Source: a virus. Taken from it: DNA of 64,000 nt. This document shows, one piece after another, positions 39,560 to 49,763 of the stretch (positions are counted from its first letter, which is position 1; each line of letters starts with the position of its first letter). The stretch lies in IMG/VR virus record IMGVR_UViG_3300025011_000027, positions 1 to 64,000 of that record, one strand, 5' to 3'. Below the pieces are notes generated by a model that saw only the letters and a list, made by a program, of their open reading frames with translations, was not told the origin of the DNA and did no database searches. A program made the position numbers and the translations under genes.

Positions 39560-41281
39560 TTACGCTGTTTTACTGTAAACTGTGAAGTTTGCTGATATTC
39601 CCGCGAAGTTCATTGGAGCTGGTATAGTCGCTTTGTACGTGGTAGTGATTGCATTACCTGTCAGTACTGAAACAACATCACTATAGGCAGGAGTGTCTTT
39701 GTCTCCAACAATTGCTCCTTCGTCACGCAATAACCGAAGAGTCGAATCAGCCGCGGACTGCATCATACCAGCACCTGATGGACTTCCATCTTTACCAATA
39801 AGCTCATCTTGTGCATCTCCGACCTTCATCATTACATAGTCTTCGTTACACACCATTGATAACTCAATATTGTCGAGATCATTGTCCACTTGCCAAGTAG
39901 TCAAGCTTCGAACTATTCCGAAATAGCTACCTTGCTCACTTGAGAAAAATTTAATTGCCATAACTCCGAGGTCACTCAAACTGTCATAGTCTGATTTTTG
40001 GAGGGTACTCTGTAGAGTTCCCTCTAGTCCTTTAGCTGTGACTGGCTTACGAGTTAAAGCTGAGGTTATTGTTAAACTAGATAACAATGCTGCAATTTGA
40101 CCCGTAATGAGGTAGGGATCATATGCGGTAAGCAGTCCTGTTAGATAGTCTAAATCCTGTATACCTGGATAAATGATAGACACACGGCGAGAGTTAAGAT
40201 TAGAGCTTCTAACTCCAACTTGAGTAACCGTTTCTCCTTTAACCCCTCCTACGATGCTAATACGGTTATGTCTGATAGTTGGATCTGACATATAAGCATT
40301 ATGAGTTGCAGCCATCGCATGAACGGAAGCATCTGCGGTAACGGGCACAATGATCCTAGCTTGGGGAACATTCTGAAGAGCTGTGAACACATTAGCCCAA
40401 TCAGTATTAGTCGTAATACCATCCGATCCCCCAGCTAAGTAAGCAGGTGCGGTCATTGCAGTTGGCAAAGCTCCAATTAGTGAAGGCCTAGTTGCGGTTA
40501 CGATTGAAGTCGTATTGTACCAGTCTATCAAAGCTTGAAGATTTGCAGTAACGATTACTGGACTAGCTTTTGCAGGAGCATTTGCAACGGAGTCAAGGAA
40601 ATTTAAAGTCGAAGCTGAGGGATTTGACCCTGTGACTGTTGCAGTCCATCCAGCCGTTGAATTGATCAAGTTTACTACTTGCTGAATCGTTTGGTAAGTA
40701 GAGAAAGGAGCAGTCCAAACAACTGATTCTGACCCTAAAGTACCTGCCGAACCACTTATTGTACCTGCTGCATTGTCTACGTTAAGTAAAGCTGAAGCAC
40801 TTGCTCCGGTGTACTGAACGCTTAACACGGCTTGATACAAGTTATCTTTAGTATATGAGAACCCATCTTGGGTAACCGTTCCTTTAAGACCTTGAATGGT
40901 ACCTGCGGCAACTTGGGTAGAAATTAAGTTAGTGAATACCCCGTAGTCAACAGACTTCAAGTTAACAACTGGAGCGGAACTGGAAAGAACGTCATAAGTT
41001 GCTTGAAGAGCAGGGTTTACTCTCATATAAGCAAGATATGGAGCACTTGCGTCAATGTACGAACGTCCAGCCGCTATTTGTAGATCACCACTCCGCAGCT
41101 TAGTAAAAGCGTCTTGTTGCCCGTTGAGCATTTGAAGGGTTTTTGGCTGTCCACCACCACCTGATATTCCGAGAAGTACAACCATTCGTTGAGAGCTTGA
41201 AGGGCTAGACATCCCTGACGAAGACCTAGTTGCAATTACTCCGGGTTGTATAATTGTGGATCCTTGAAACGAAAAAGGCAC
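39560..41281 (-). CDS. Tail sheath protein
   Basis: F.G..I..PGV, LRSGDL, LAGGSDG, LT.K, GV, P.NF; 573 aa. Confidence 0.9.
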   Translation of the reverse strand: MPFSFQGSTIIQPGVIATRSSSGMSSPSSSQRMVVLLGISGGGGQPKTLQMLNGQQDAFTKLRSGDLQIAAGRSYIDASAPYLAYMRVNPALQATYDVLSSSAPVVNLKSVDYGVFTNLISTQVAAGTIQGLKGTVTQDGFSYTKDNLYQAVLSVQYTGASASALLNVDNAAGTISGSAGTLGSESVVWTAPFSTYQTIQQVVNLINSTAGWTATVTGSNPSASTLNFLDSVANAPAKASPVIVTANLQALIDWYNTTSIVTATRPSLIGALPTAMTAPAYLAGGSDGITTNTDWANVFTALQNVPQARIIVPVTADASVHAMAATHNAYMSDPTIRHNRISIVGGVKGETVTQVGVRSSNLNSRRVSIIYPGIQDLDYLTGLLTAYDPYLITGQIAALLSSLTITSALTRKPVTAKGLEGTLQSTLQKSDYDSLSDLGVMAIKFFSSEQGSYFGIVRSLTTWQVDNDLDNIELSMVCNEDYVMMKVGDAQDELIGKDGSPSGAGMMQSAADSTLRLLRDEGAIVGDKDTPAYSDVVSVLTGNAITTTYKATIPAPMNFAGISANFTVYSKTA

Positions 41282-41282
41282 T

Positions 41283-41489
41283 CTACTTCACCTCCTGTTT
41301 AGAATATTTTTCAATGAGCTTATGCCAATTCTCGTCAGTATCAGCAAAGTGGAATTCTCTTTCCTGTGTATGATAGAATCCACCCATTAGCTCGACTCCA
41401 TACTTCAATGCATTAGCTTGAGCAAAAGAGCTTAAAGGAACTAAAACTACATCAGCCTCTGGTGGCAGTACTTCTTTGTCGACATCCAC
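41283..41489 (-). CDS. Small tail-region protein (68 aa)
   Basis: GTG at 41489 with AAGGAGG RBS. Confidence 0.6.
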   Translation of the reverse strand: MDVDKEVLPPEADVVLVPLSSFAQANALKYGVELMGGFYHTQEREFHFADTDENWHKLIEKYSKQEVK

Positions 41490-41505
41490 GTTCTGTTCCT
41501 CCTTT

Positions 41506-42126
41506 CTAAGGTAATTGCGAAAATACTGAGAAAGTTCCTGAAGAATAAGCATTCGTAACAACGGTCGGAGTAGCTGTGAAAGTCTTATCATATTCAGCAC
41601 TCATTATTATTCCTCGTGCGAATGTGAATACTGGTAGCCACTGAGGGGATGGTTCAAAATCCCCTAATCCTGTTGTTAAGTTTCCTAATCCCTCTTCGTT
41701 AAAATAACTGTAATGAGTCAACAATGCCCAAGAACATATTGCAGATAACCAAATAACTACATCAGCATTTGGGGAGTAGATAGTGGCTTTTAAAGTACCT
41801 TTAAACCTAGCTCCTTTAATATCTGTGAATGTCCCGTCACCATTATTAATTGTTTCATAAACTAACCCAATAGGAGTCTGTTCAGTTATTTGACCCTCAT
41901 TTGCTATTGTGACGCCAATAAAGGGCATATGACCCGACTCCATAGGAAATCCTGGAGCCAAGTTTATTTTTGTCTTAACATTCCCAAAGTATGACTTTGC
42001 AGCGGCAAGTTCAGAATCACTTAAAGCGTCCAGTATATCCTCTAACAACGACGGATTTTGCTGAACGCTCTTGATACCGTTTGCTAAAGCATTTAGCATA
42101 TAGGTTTCGGTCATCATCCCTGCCAT
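41506..42126 (-). CDS. Tail terminator/completion protein
   Basis: Position before sheath; GFP....P.I.V...E. Confidence 0.6.
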   Translation of the reverse strand: MAGMMTETYMLNALANGIKSVQQNPSLLEDILDALSDSELAAAKSYFGNVKTKINLAPGFPMESGHMPFIGVTIANEGQITEQTPIGLVYETINNGDGTFTDIKGARFKGTLKATIYSPNADVVIWLSAICSWALLTHYSYFNEEGLGNLTTGLGDFEPSPQWLPVFTFARGIIMSAEYDKTFTATPTVVTNAYSSGTFSVFSQLP

Positions 42127-42128
42127 AT

Positions 42129-42527
42129 TTAAGACCTCTGAGAGATAGCTGTAACGGTTACTGCTCCACTAACATAAGTAGGTATTGTTGCTCTTATAGA
42201 TTGATATAATCCTACATACTGTGTTATTCCGGGAGTAGTCACAGACGCTAGAGTTAACCAGTTCACTCCGTCAAGCGTAGCTTCCAAAAGAACAGTTGCG
42301 TCGAATGTACCAGTTACCGCAATTGCGTGTAAATTCCTACCTAGAACATGAATTTCAGGAGTAGTTGTTCCTAAAACTTTGGCTGCCGACACTGCATCAA
42401 ACAATTTGAACTGAAGGGGATATGATGTCATAAAGAATAATGGTTGTGCGCTTCTTAATGATACATTTGGGAGATAGGGGAGGACATTACTCTCTCCCCT
42501 AATTACGTTACCTGGTTGAATTATCAT
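42129..42527 (-). CDS. Virion beta-sandwich protein
   Basis: GTF.ATV.LE.TLDG.NW; after capsid gene. Confidence 0.6.
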   Translation of the reverse strand: MIIQPGNVIRGESNVLPYLPNVSLRSAQPLFFMTSYPLQFKLFDAVSAAKVLGTTTPEIHVLGRNLHAIAVTGTFDATVLLEATLDGVNWLTLASVTTPGITQYVGLYQSIRATIPTYVSGAVTVTAISQRS

Positions 42528-42759
42528 TTTCTACCGCCGCCTTTTTCAAATCCAGTTTTACCTTTTTCTCGGCGTTTGATTCTCCGGTCTTGTCAGTAGT
42601 ATCTTCACCAGTATATGCTGAAAGTTCAGCCGCTCCGACTTCCATTAAGAAGTTCCCAACTTCTTCGTCAACCTCAGCAAGTCCATCTTCGAAAGCTACC
42701 GTAACTGGTGTCGCATTAACAAAACAGGTTAGTTCCTTATGAGTTGATTCAATAAACAA
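42508..42759 (-). CDS. Small head-associated protein
   Basis: V.F.DG.AEV; directly after capsid gene. Confidence 0.55.
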   Translation of the reverse strand: MFIESTHKELTCFVNATPVTVAFEDGLAEVDEEVGNFLMEVGAAELSAYTGEDTTDKTGESNAEKKVKLDLKKAAVENDNSTR

Positions 42760-42782
42760 TAGAGCCTACTCCTCTCTAAATC

Positions 42783-44231
42783 TTAGTACCCAGATTTGCC
42801 GATGTTTACAACCATAAACTGTCGCTCAGGAGCTTTTACGGCAAGAGTGTGCAGATACAACAGACCGAAAGGAATAGTGGTATTTTGGATGGCCAGAGGC
42901 AATTTTAGCAGCGGAGCCATTTGAGCCATTACCATATTCATTGGATTCTTGTTCATAAAGCAAGCAACATCTGTTCCAGGCATAATGCTATTGTCATCTA
43001 CGAACAGAGCATTTGCAGTTGCAGTACGAGCAACATCTCCGATCCATTGAGCGTCAGAACCTGTTGAGATAAGACCACGATACACACGATAACCCCAAGC
43101 ACCCGTTACATTAGGAATAGTGACTGTAACAACTTGACCGGCCGCGGTAACTGTTCCTGCGGATACAGTAGTTCCGAGAGATTCACCCTGAGCATTAAAA
43201 GCAGATACGGTGTAGTAATTCGTTGCAGCATCGGCAGTCTTGAAGTTAGACACTTCAGTACCGGTTACTGAACGAGCAGCGGCAGTTGGTCCAGAAGGAG
43301 CTGCACAAGCACCACTATCCGCAGAAGTTAAAGGCGCTCTTCCACCATCAAACGGATCCAAGAAAACGTCTTGAGTGAAAGGCATAAATCCGATTTGAGT
43401 TCTGTATCCTTCGATAGGAGTACCAGCTGCAAATCCACCGTCACGAGCTGTCAAGTTCATATTACGCTCAGACTCGGTCTTCATGAGCTGAAGAGTGGCA
43501 AGCGTGTCAGGAGACAAGAAAGATCCAATGTCCCGAGTGGTCGTTACGAAAGCTTTAGCCATCTTAGCAGCAATTCCACTGATAACATCAAATGTCATTG
43601 GCTGACCATGCATGTCGATAACGTTTAAAGGAGCGTTCGCTTTCAGGTTACGATAAAGGCCATCATAGAAAATATCCGATCCGCCATTGTCTTTGATCGT
43701 GCTATTTCCCCAAACTAGAGCATGCTCAACGGATCCGAGCAATTGCATGGTACCATCATATTCTTCTTCGTCAACTGGGTTGGTGAACATTCCTCCGAGT
43801 GCTCCAGCTAAGTTAGAAATGACAGTTGTACCACGTTGTACCCCGAAGAACCGAACAGGCTCAGTGTTGCGGCTCCAAGAACCGAGTCCAACCGGCCCGA
43901 TCGCGCCCTCAGCAAAAGCATTAGCTCCGCGAGACGTACCGTACTGATTACGACGATTCCATTGGTAAATCGGGTTGATGCTAGGCACACGCTCAATAAA
44001 ACGTTGCTTAACGAGTTGTTCTTCACTGAAAAGTACAGAGGTCATAATGCTGTCCAAGTTTTGGAGCAATAAGTTTGTACCATCAGCCATCCCTGTAATA
44101 CTACCGGTTGCAAGTGCTTTGACAAGAGGAGCGGAAAGTTGATTCACAAACTGATCTACCCCGACCCAGCCGGCTCCAAGAGCGTTTTTAGCTAATTGGT
44201 TAAAGGATTTTACTAAGAACTTTTCAGCCAT
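42783..44231 (-). CDS. Major capsid protein (Herelleviridae/SPO1-like, with FN3-like insertion)
   Basis: KAL.TG...L..QNLD, FAEG, E.AL.WG, YDGL, VIDM.G; follows scaffold. Confidence 0.9.
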   Translation of the reverse strand: MAEKFLVKSFNQLAKNALGAGWVGVDQFVNQLSAPLVKALATGSITGMADGTNLLLQNLDSIMTSVLFSEEQLVKQRFIERVPSINPIYQWNRRNQYGTSRGANAFAEGAIGPVGLGSWSRNTEPVRFFGVQRGTTVISNLAGALGGMFTNPVDEEEYDGTMQLLGSVEHALVWGNSTIKDNGGSDIFYDGLYRNLKANAPLNVIDMHGQPMTFDVISGIAAKMAKAFVTTTRDIGSFLSPDTLATLQLMKTESERNMNLTARDGGFAAGTPIEGYRTQIGFMPFTQDVFLDPFDGGRAPLTSADSGACAAPSGPTAAARSVTGTEVSNFKTADAATNYYTVSAFNAQGESLGTTVSAGTVTAAGQVVTVTIPNVTGAWGYRVYRGLISTGSDAQWIGDVARTATANALFVDDNSIMPGTDVACFMNKNPMNMVMAQMAPLLKLPLAIQNTTIPFGLLYLHTLAVKAPERQFMVVNIGKSGY

Positions 44232-44277
44232 TGTGTTTAATTCCTCCTAAAAATGTTATTTTGTTAGCTTTTAAGTA

Positions 44278-45126
44278 TTATAGTTGAGCTTGTACTGACT
44301 CCGGAAGTGATTCGACATAAGCTTTTAAGTCAGCTTGATTTCTTACTTTTCCCAGACGAGCTAAGTCCATAGGCTCAATTTCACCTTTATTCAAGGCATC
44401 GGTTACAACATCTTGAATGTCTGATTTGCTCAAGGTTCTTGAACCACCAGTAGCGGCTGCGTCACGCTTTTCCATTACTACGAATCCAGTTGCGGGAGAA
44501 GTAACAGGTTGACTCTTAATTAACTCAATATCAGCGGCAAGAGCAACTTGACCTTTTAAGCTTGCTTCCAAACTCTTTGCAAGAACCATTACGGTTCCTT
44601 GAAGAGCTGCAATATTAGCGTTGGTCTGAACTGACATTGCTTGAACATTTTTAGCAAGGGCTCCTAGTACTTCTGAAGCTTCAAGTACTTCTTCGTACTC
44701 ATCGTTAAAGTTCTTGAAAAGAGGTTCTTCTTCCTCAACAGGTGCATTCTTACTTACAGCACCCTTTGGAGTTACTTTCTTACCATGATTGGTGATAAGT
44801 GTACCTTGAGAACCTTTGTGCGGCTCATCAGGATCCTCATCCTCTTCAGTAACTGGCCCGCCGTTTGCTTTACCGTTCTTGTCGGTACCTTCCTTATTCT
44901 TCTTAACTTTTTCTTCTGGCTCTTCTTCTCCGCCGCCCATTTCATTTTCTTCATCTTTGGGTTTTTCTTCGCCTTCTTCTTCCTCACCAGTTCCCTTGCC
45001 CTTTGCGCTTTTGAACAAGTCTCTGAGGAAGTTAAGACCTTTTCCACTGAATGTAATCGCATCATGTGCGCCACCGGAAGTAGACTTTTTAAGTTCGTTC
45101 ATGTGGTCTTCAAATTCTTTAGTCAA
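44278..45126 (-). CDS. Scaffolding protein
   Basis: Acidic disordered region then coiled coil; many L-x-K-S/N sites; TTG start after AAGGAG. Confidence 0.75.
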   Translation of the reverse strand: MTKEFEDHMNELKKSTSGGAHDAITFSGKGLNFLRDLFKSAKGKGTGEEEEGEEKPKDEENEMGGGEEEPEEKVKKNKEGTDKNGKANGGPVTEEDEDPDEPHKGSQGTLITNHGKKVTPKGAVSKNAPVEEEEPLFKNFNDEYEEVLEASEVLGALAKNVQAMSVQTNANIAALQGTVMVLAKSLEASLKGQVALAADIELIKSQPVTSPATGFVVMEKRDAAATGGSRTLSKSDIQDVVTDALNKGEIEPMDLARLGKVRNQADLKAYVESLPESVQAQL

Positions 45127-45142
45127 TTTGTTACCGCTCCTT

Positions 45143-45907
45143 TTATTTAAGATAGCCCGCAAATTGCAGACGCTTGACCAACCTATAAGCTTCGTTTTCT
45201 TTTACTCCCTTACACTTAACAAGGTGGAAGTAGGCACTCTCTGATCCTTTTCTAAATCGTCCCTTTTCGTCGTAACAATTGTGGTCACATTTACCCCAAA
45301 GAACATCTTCGATTGGAAATCCAGTTAGGGCTTTACTCGCTTCTTCAGTAACATGACCATCATCCAAGTTTTGATTGAGAAGAGGAACTCCGTTACCTGT
45401 AGTTAGTGACTTAGCTAAAAACTCAGCGAACGTATCAGTGTTAGCGGGCTTAGGAGTAAGTGCTACATCGTCCACCCTCGTCTTAGTGAGTCGATTCGCC
45501 TCCGTCTCTAGTATCGCCCCCTCTACTGAAAACCCGTGATTCCTTTCGGGGTCGTCTTTTTCGGCTTGCAGTAGGTCCCAAGCTGCTCTTCCTGGCTCAC
45601 TATCATATAGCTCAACCAAGTGATAAAAAGCAGGACCTCTTATGCCTTTCTTGAGAGTACTTCCATCAGAGACAATTTTAGCTTCTAATGGTTTACCCAG
45701 AACGTATTGCGGTCCTTTTAGATGATCGTAATTCAAATGACCTTTTGTCAAATAAGAACTAAATTCCATTCCAGGAACTACTAATTCTTCGCCATGTTTG
45801 TCTTTAGTTTCAGTACTCGCGACACCCCTAAGCAATCTCTTACGTTCGCCCTTTATTAGCTCTTCGTCACGTTCACAGATAACAAAAAAGCTAAAATCTG
45901 CCGGCAT
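45143..45907 (-). CDS. Prohead maturation protease
   Basis: GVASTE..D..GE, NYDH, GFSVEG, VALT..PAN..T. Confidence 0.88.
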   Translation of the reverse strand: MPADFSFFVICERDEELIKGERKRLLRGVASTETKDKHGEELVVPGMEFSSYLTKGHLNYDHLKGPQYVLGKPLEAKIVSDGSTLKKGIRGPAFYHLVELYDSEPGRAAWDLLQAEKDDPERNHGFSVEGAILETEANRLTKTRVDDVALTPKPANTDTFAEFLAKSLTTGNGVPLLNQNLDDGHVTEEASKALTGFPIEDVLWGKCDHNCYDEKGRFRKGSESAYFHLVKCKGVKENEAYRLVKRLQFAGYLK

Positions 45908-45921
45908 TCACGTAACCTCCC

Positions 45922-45951
45922 ACAAAAAATAACGCATCTAGTGTGCGTTAG
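45922..45951 (-). terminator. Terminator upstream of protease gene
   Basis: taacgca-cactaga-tgcgtta-ttttt. Confidence 0.55.
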
Positions 45952-45979
45952 TTTTGTATTTAGTGTTTTAGTGTTTTTC

Positions 45980-46708
45980 TTAAAATAAGAGAAGAGTAAG
46001 GGTATCCGATGCCACGGTACATTTTAATGAGAGAGTGGTTGAGGTACTTGTGATTAGAGTAGTTGTCCCATCAGTGTCAACTGCTGCATTAACTGATCCA
46101 ATATTAAGCGCCGCGGCTACGTCATTTTCAGCACCTGCGGCTATTCTAACTTTAGATGCACTACCAGTGGTACCTGAAGTAATAACATAGACGTTGTTCG
46201 TAAAGGTTACTGTCACCGCAGCGTAAATTCCGCCGAGTGCGCGAATGTCTGTTTGCATTGCGGCAGCTATTCCTGCTCCTGTGGTCAATCCCGCAAGGGT
46301 TAAGGTTACGCTTTGATATGTGGGAGTTGCTGAAACATCGCTATCAACGGCAATCTTGAAGGTCGTTGCAGAACCTGCACTAATATCAGTACTCGGACTT
46401 GCAGCTCCCGTTTCATAACCTGCTGCAACTGTGCCACCATGGAATGGTCTTCCGCCCTTTTGACTATTTACGAGTACATACCCTACTGGAGCCCTGCCTA
46501 ATGCGTGTGTTACTGTATCAGCGGTGTTTGCCGTTGCATTTGTTGCATAAGTAACATATACACCATCAATATCACCTGGTACTGCTCCAGAAACACCTGT
46601 CCCTAAACTTCTTTGAGCCGCTAGTGCTTTCAGTAATGCACCAGCTTTAACTCCCGGAATAGCTACATTAATCGCCCTTACCTGTTTATCAGTGAGTTGA
46701 ACCAACAT
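45980..46708 (-). CDS. Virion decoration/neck protein (Ala/Thr/Gly-rich)
   Basis: H.LGR.P; IAAAMQ..I....VTV......ITS.TTG..S domain. Confidence 0.6.
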   Translation of the reverse strand: MLVQLTDKQVRAINVAIPGVKAGALLKALAAQRSLGTGVSGAVPGDIDGVYVTYATNATANTADTVTHALGRAPVGYVLVNSQKGGRPFHGGTVAAGYETGAASPSTDISAGSATTFKIAVDSDVSATPTYQSVTLTLAGLTTGAGIAAAMQTDIRALGGIYAAVTVTFTNNVYVITSGTTGSASKVRIAAGAENDVAAALNIGSVNAAVDTDGTTTLITSTSTTLSLKCTVASDTLTLLLF

Positions 46709-46878
46709 TGACACCTCCGACCTTTTTAATAAGTATCTTTGAAATTATTTGACTACAAGTTTAGAATAGTTAAGTCTTTCTCCATTAACTGCGCTCATTT
46801 TAGCACCGATCCAGTGATAATACAAGGTATATTAATAGTCTTTCATAAATAATTGTTCCTCATAGACCACCCCCTTCA

Positions 46879-47685
46879 TCATAAAGCACGTTCTACCAAC
46901 TTAAGCAAATTCTCAGTAACCTTCGGGATACAAAAAGAATAAACTGCTTGAATGATAGGATTAGGTTCGATACTAGGATGCCACCAACTTAATGGGTCAC
47001 TACCAACCTGTTTTCCATTAACTACTCTAGGAGTTGAAACTCTTCTAAAGGTCACATAGTTTGTATGGCCTGGATTCCCTGTTTTATACATTCCGTGATA
47101 GACACTGGATTGATGAGTGTATCCCTTGAAGCTAGTTTCAGAAGGAGCGTCCCAAGTGAGTGGAGCCTCCCACTTTATACCCCCAGTTCCGTGTGAAACG
47201 CTCCTAGTAAGCTGCTTAGCTTGTTTGTATACTTCATCAGGCATGCTCATTTTAATTGATATTGCGCTTGCCCCAGAACTTGGTGAAGTTGGAGTATAAT
47301 GTCTGAAAGGGATAGTATTGTACTTCCCTGACCCATCTTTGGTTGTTCTAGCTTTAGGACCGCTAAGTAAGTCTGGTTTCATGTCCCAAGCTTCTTTTCC
47401 ACCTTCAATCTCTAGTACTTCTTTAGCATACCCAACTGGAGATACAATAGCTTTAAATTGGGAAGGGAAATTCAATGAGTCACCAGTCGAGAGTGCTTTT
47501 GCATATTCATCATCAGTAAGACTTTTTGACATTCCAGGAAGTACGTTTCCTTGAACTGCGGAACGCCACACATCACGAACATAAATGGCAGCGTTCTCCA
47601 AACCTCTCTGAAGTAGTTCTCCATTTATTCTAACGTCATTCAGAGCATCACCTAACTGAGATAAATCAACATCTATTTCGTACAT
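46879..47685 (-). CDS. Neck/tail-completion protein
   Basis: E.G...WDMKP.LL.GPK, IPFRH, Y.TFRRVS...S.P.SW.HP. Confidence 0.7.
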   Translation of the reverse strand: MYEIDVDLSQLGDALNDVRINGELLQRGLENAAIYVRDVWRSAVQGNVLPGMSKSLTDDEYAKALSTGDSLNFPSQFKAIVSPVGYAKEVLEIEGGKEAWDMKPDLLSGPKARTTKDGSGKYNTIPFRHYTPTSPSSGASAISIKMSMPDEVYKQAKQLTRSVSHGTGGIKWEAPLTWDAPSETSFKGYTHQSSVYHGMYKTGNPGHTNYVTFRRVSTPRVVNGKQVGSDPLSWWHPSIEPNPIIQAVYSFCIPKVTENLLKLVERAL

Positions 47686-47687
47686 AC

Positions 47688-48374
47688 TTACACCCCATTA
47701 AAAACCACATGTTTTTTTCTTAGCAAGACCTTTTGCCCCAAGTTAGTTCCGCGCTCTCTTCTAGGTTGCGGAGGCGCGAATACTATCCAATCTACGAGTG
47801 CGGAGTACTTAATACTGTATGGTGTACCAGGATCGGGTTCAGAACCTCCTACCACATCCCAGGTTATACTTCTTCCTTCAATCGTAAAATCTGTATCCTT
47901 GACATAATAAGCAACATCACCAGTCACAGGATCAACGGTGATACACTCAGAAACGTCAAGAATAGAATAGTTAGCTGTATCAGTATCCGAAGTATCAGAT
48001 CGTGTTATAAGCTCTCCTTCATAAGGAATACCTTCTTTCCAAGTAAGTTGTATCCTGTCATAATCACTCAAAGTCTGAGGGATATTTGGAGAGAATACAA
48101 GATCACCTGGAGAAGCTATTCCTGATTGAAGCAGTTCTTTATGCTGAGATATGTTGGTTACCATACCAATTATCTTTCCCTTGTCTAACCATACCCACCC
48201 TAATCCATTACAAGCTTTACAATTTGGATTAGCTCTATTAGGATCGAGTACATATCCGGTTTGGGAGAGTGTGCAAGTACATTTCATCCCTTGACTGTAT
48301 TTTACACTCTCTCCGTGTCTCTTAATAAATTCACTTTGTCTATTAACACTTACTTTTGAGTTGTTTAAAGGCAT
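47688..48374 (-). CDS. Head closure (neck) protein
   Basis: C.C...C..C.G.G; YDRI; YS..Y. Confidence 0.7.
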   Translation of the reverse strand: MPLNNSKVSVNRQSEFIKRHGESVKYSQGMKCTCTLSQTGYVLDPNRANPNCKACNGLGWVWLDKGKIIGMVTNISQHKELLQSGIASPGDLVFSPNIPQTLSDYDRIQLTWKEGIPYEGELITRSDTSDTDTANYSILDVSECITVDPVTGDVAYYVKDTDFTIEGRSITWDVVGGSEPDPGTPYSIKYSALVDWIVFAPPQPRRERGTNLGQKVLLRKKHVVFNGV

Positions 48375-48388
48375 ATTTTCTCACTCCC

Positions 48389-49747
48389 TTATATGGTCGT
48401 GTATTGAATACCACAAAAGCGAATTCTCATCTTTGGAACTTCTTTAGCTAACCACTCTTTGTAGCTTGTGAAGTGGCCACCATAAGTTCCATACGTTGCG
48501 CTTGCAGTATACCCCTCTGACTGACTAACACCATCACGACTGGTTGATTGACTTGCGTAACCTGCACGATAAGCAGAACCTGCACTATTCAGTAATTCGT
48601 ACGAGGCTTTTTTTGCGATAGCTTCACGTACAATAGAACGATCGGCTTTCAAGTCTCTCAATCCTACGGTTGCTCGATAATGCCAGAAACTTGGAATAGA
48701 CGCATAATTGTAAAGATACGCCATTACAAATATTCCACCATAAAAGTTCCACATTACTTGAGCTGAAGTGGTAGGAACTAATTCGCATATTCCAGAACGC
48801 TCATTCCACACTAGCCACGTTCTAGGTACTTGAACTGATTTACTCGTATTAAAATATCCTGTAAGTTCTAAGTCCAAAATATTAGGATAGGGAATCTTAA
48901 AGCTCAACCACTTGTTAAAGTTTCTTGGTTTGTAGTACGTCTCAGGAATAGCTACTTCATCGAAGAACAGACCATTCTTGAAACCATCAGTATCAACGAT
49001 AGTTGGCTCAAGTTTGGTTACTATACGCTCCTCCACCCAATTTGTAGCTGCACGTATTTGTCTTATAAATGCGCTATCTTTAAGTCGGCCGTTATCAATA
49101 TAAAGCATTTCTGACTTATCGACTGAAGGAAGTAGGTTAGGACTTACAGTAACCATAATATAATCTTCATTGTCACCGTCGAGTAATAACAATGAATAGG
49201 GAACGTCACCTACTACAGGTACGCCAGTTCCCGCTTTCCAAGACAGCTCTTTAGTAGTCTCAGTATACGTCAGAGTAAACGGGCCTTTATAGTGATTCTC
49301 ACTGACCTCAGTAACAATTACTCCCGTTATCTTTTGGGGCTGGATTCGTGGTTCTAGGATTTCATAGTCGTAGAAAGTAACACCTTTTGTCCATTCTTCT
49401 TTAAGCTCTTTCACAGGAACTATGGAAATGGCAAACATCTTCGACTCCACGACATTATTCTGACTGTCAGTGACTACAATGGTATAATCTCCCTGCTTCG
49501 CACGATAAATTCCAAGTTCGTCCATTGCGTCTCTATTCAAGTCAAACGCCACGTTATACCTCGTTTCAGTTGTCAAGGTAAGATTCTTCACGACTATATT
49601 CCCACCACCGTCAGACCGGCAAAGTGCGGCACTGATAACGTCTGACGGTACCGGGGACGTTACTATAATAGTAGATCTAATTACCGATAAGTCTGAGTGA
49701 TATCGGCTGTACTCTGAAAGGTCGGTAAATACTGAAGATATAGTCAA
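48389..49747 (-). CDS. Head-tail adaptor protein
   Basis: AIAKKA...L...G.A...G.AS.S.S.DGVSQS...TASA.YG.Y. Confidence 0.75.
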   Translation of the reverse strand: MTISSVFTDLSEYSRYHSDLSVIRSTIIVTSPVPSDVISAALCRSDGGGNIVVKNLTLTTETRYNVAFDLNRDAMDELGIYRAKQGDYTIVVTDSQNNVVESKMFAISIVPVKELKEEWTKGVTFYDYEILEPRIQPQKITGVIVTEVSENHYKGPFTLTYTETTKELSWKAGTGVPVVGDVPYSLLLLDGDNEDYIMVTVSPNLLPSVDKSEMLYIDNGRLKDSAFIRQIRAATNWVEERIVTKLEPTIVDTDGFKNGLFFDEVAIPETYYKPRNFNKWLSFKIPYPNILDLELTGYFNTSKSVQVPRTWLVWNERSGICELVPTTSAQVMWNFYGGIFVMAYLYNYASIPSFWHYRATVGLRDLKADRSIVREAIAKKASYELLNSAGSAYRAGYASQSTSRDGVSQSEGYTASATYGTYGGHFTSYKEWLAKEVPKMRIRFCGIQYTTI

Positions 49748-49763
49748 CTTAATGACCTCCCTA

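Noticed and set aside
46715-46878. Small gene between the neck genes (strong SD plus ATG at 46863)
   Set aside because: It stops after six codons; possibly a decayed gene but not supportable.
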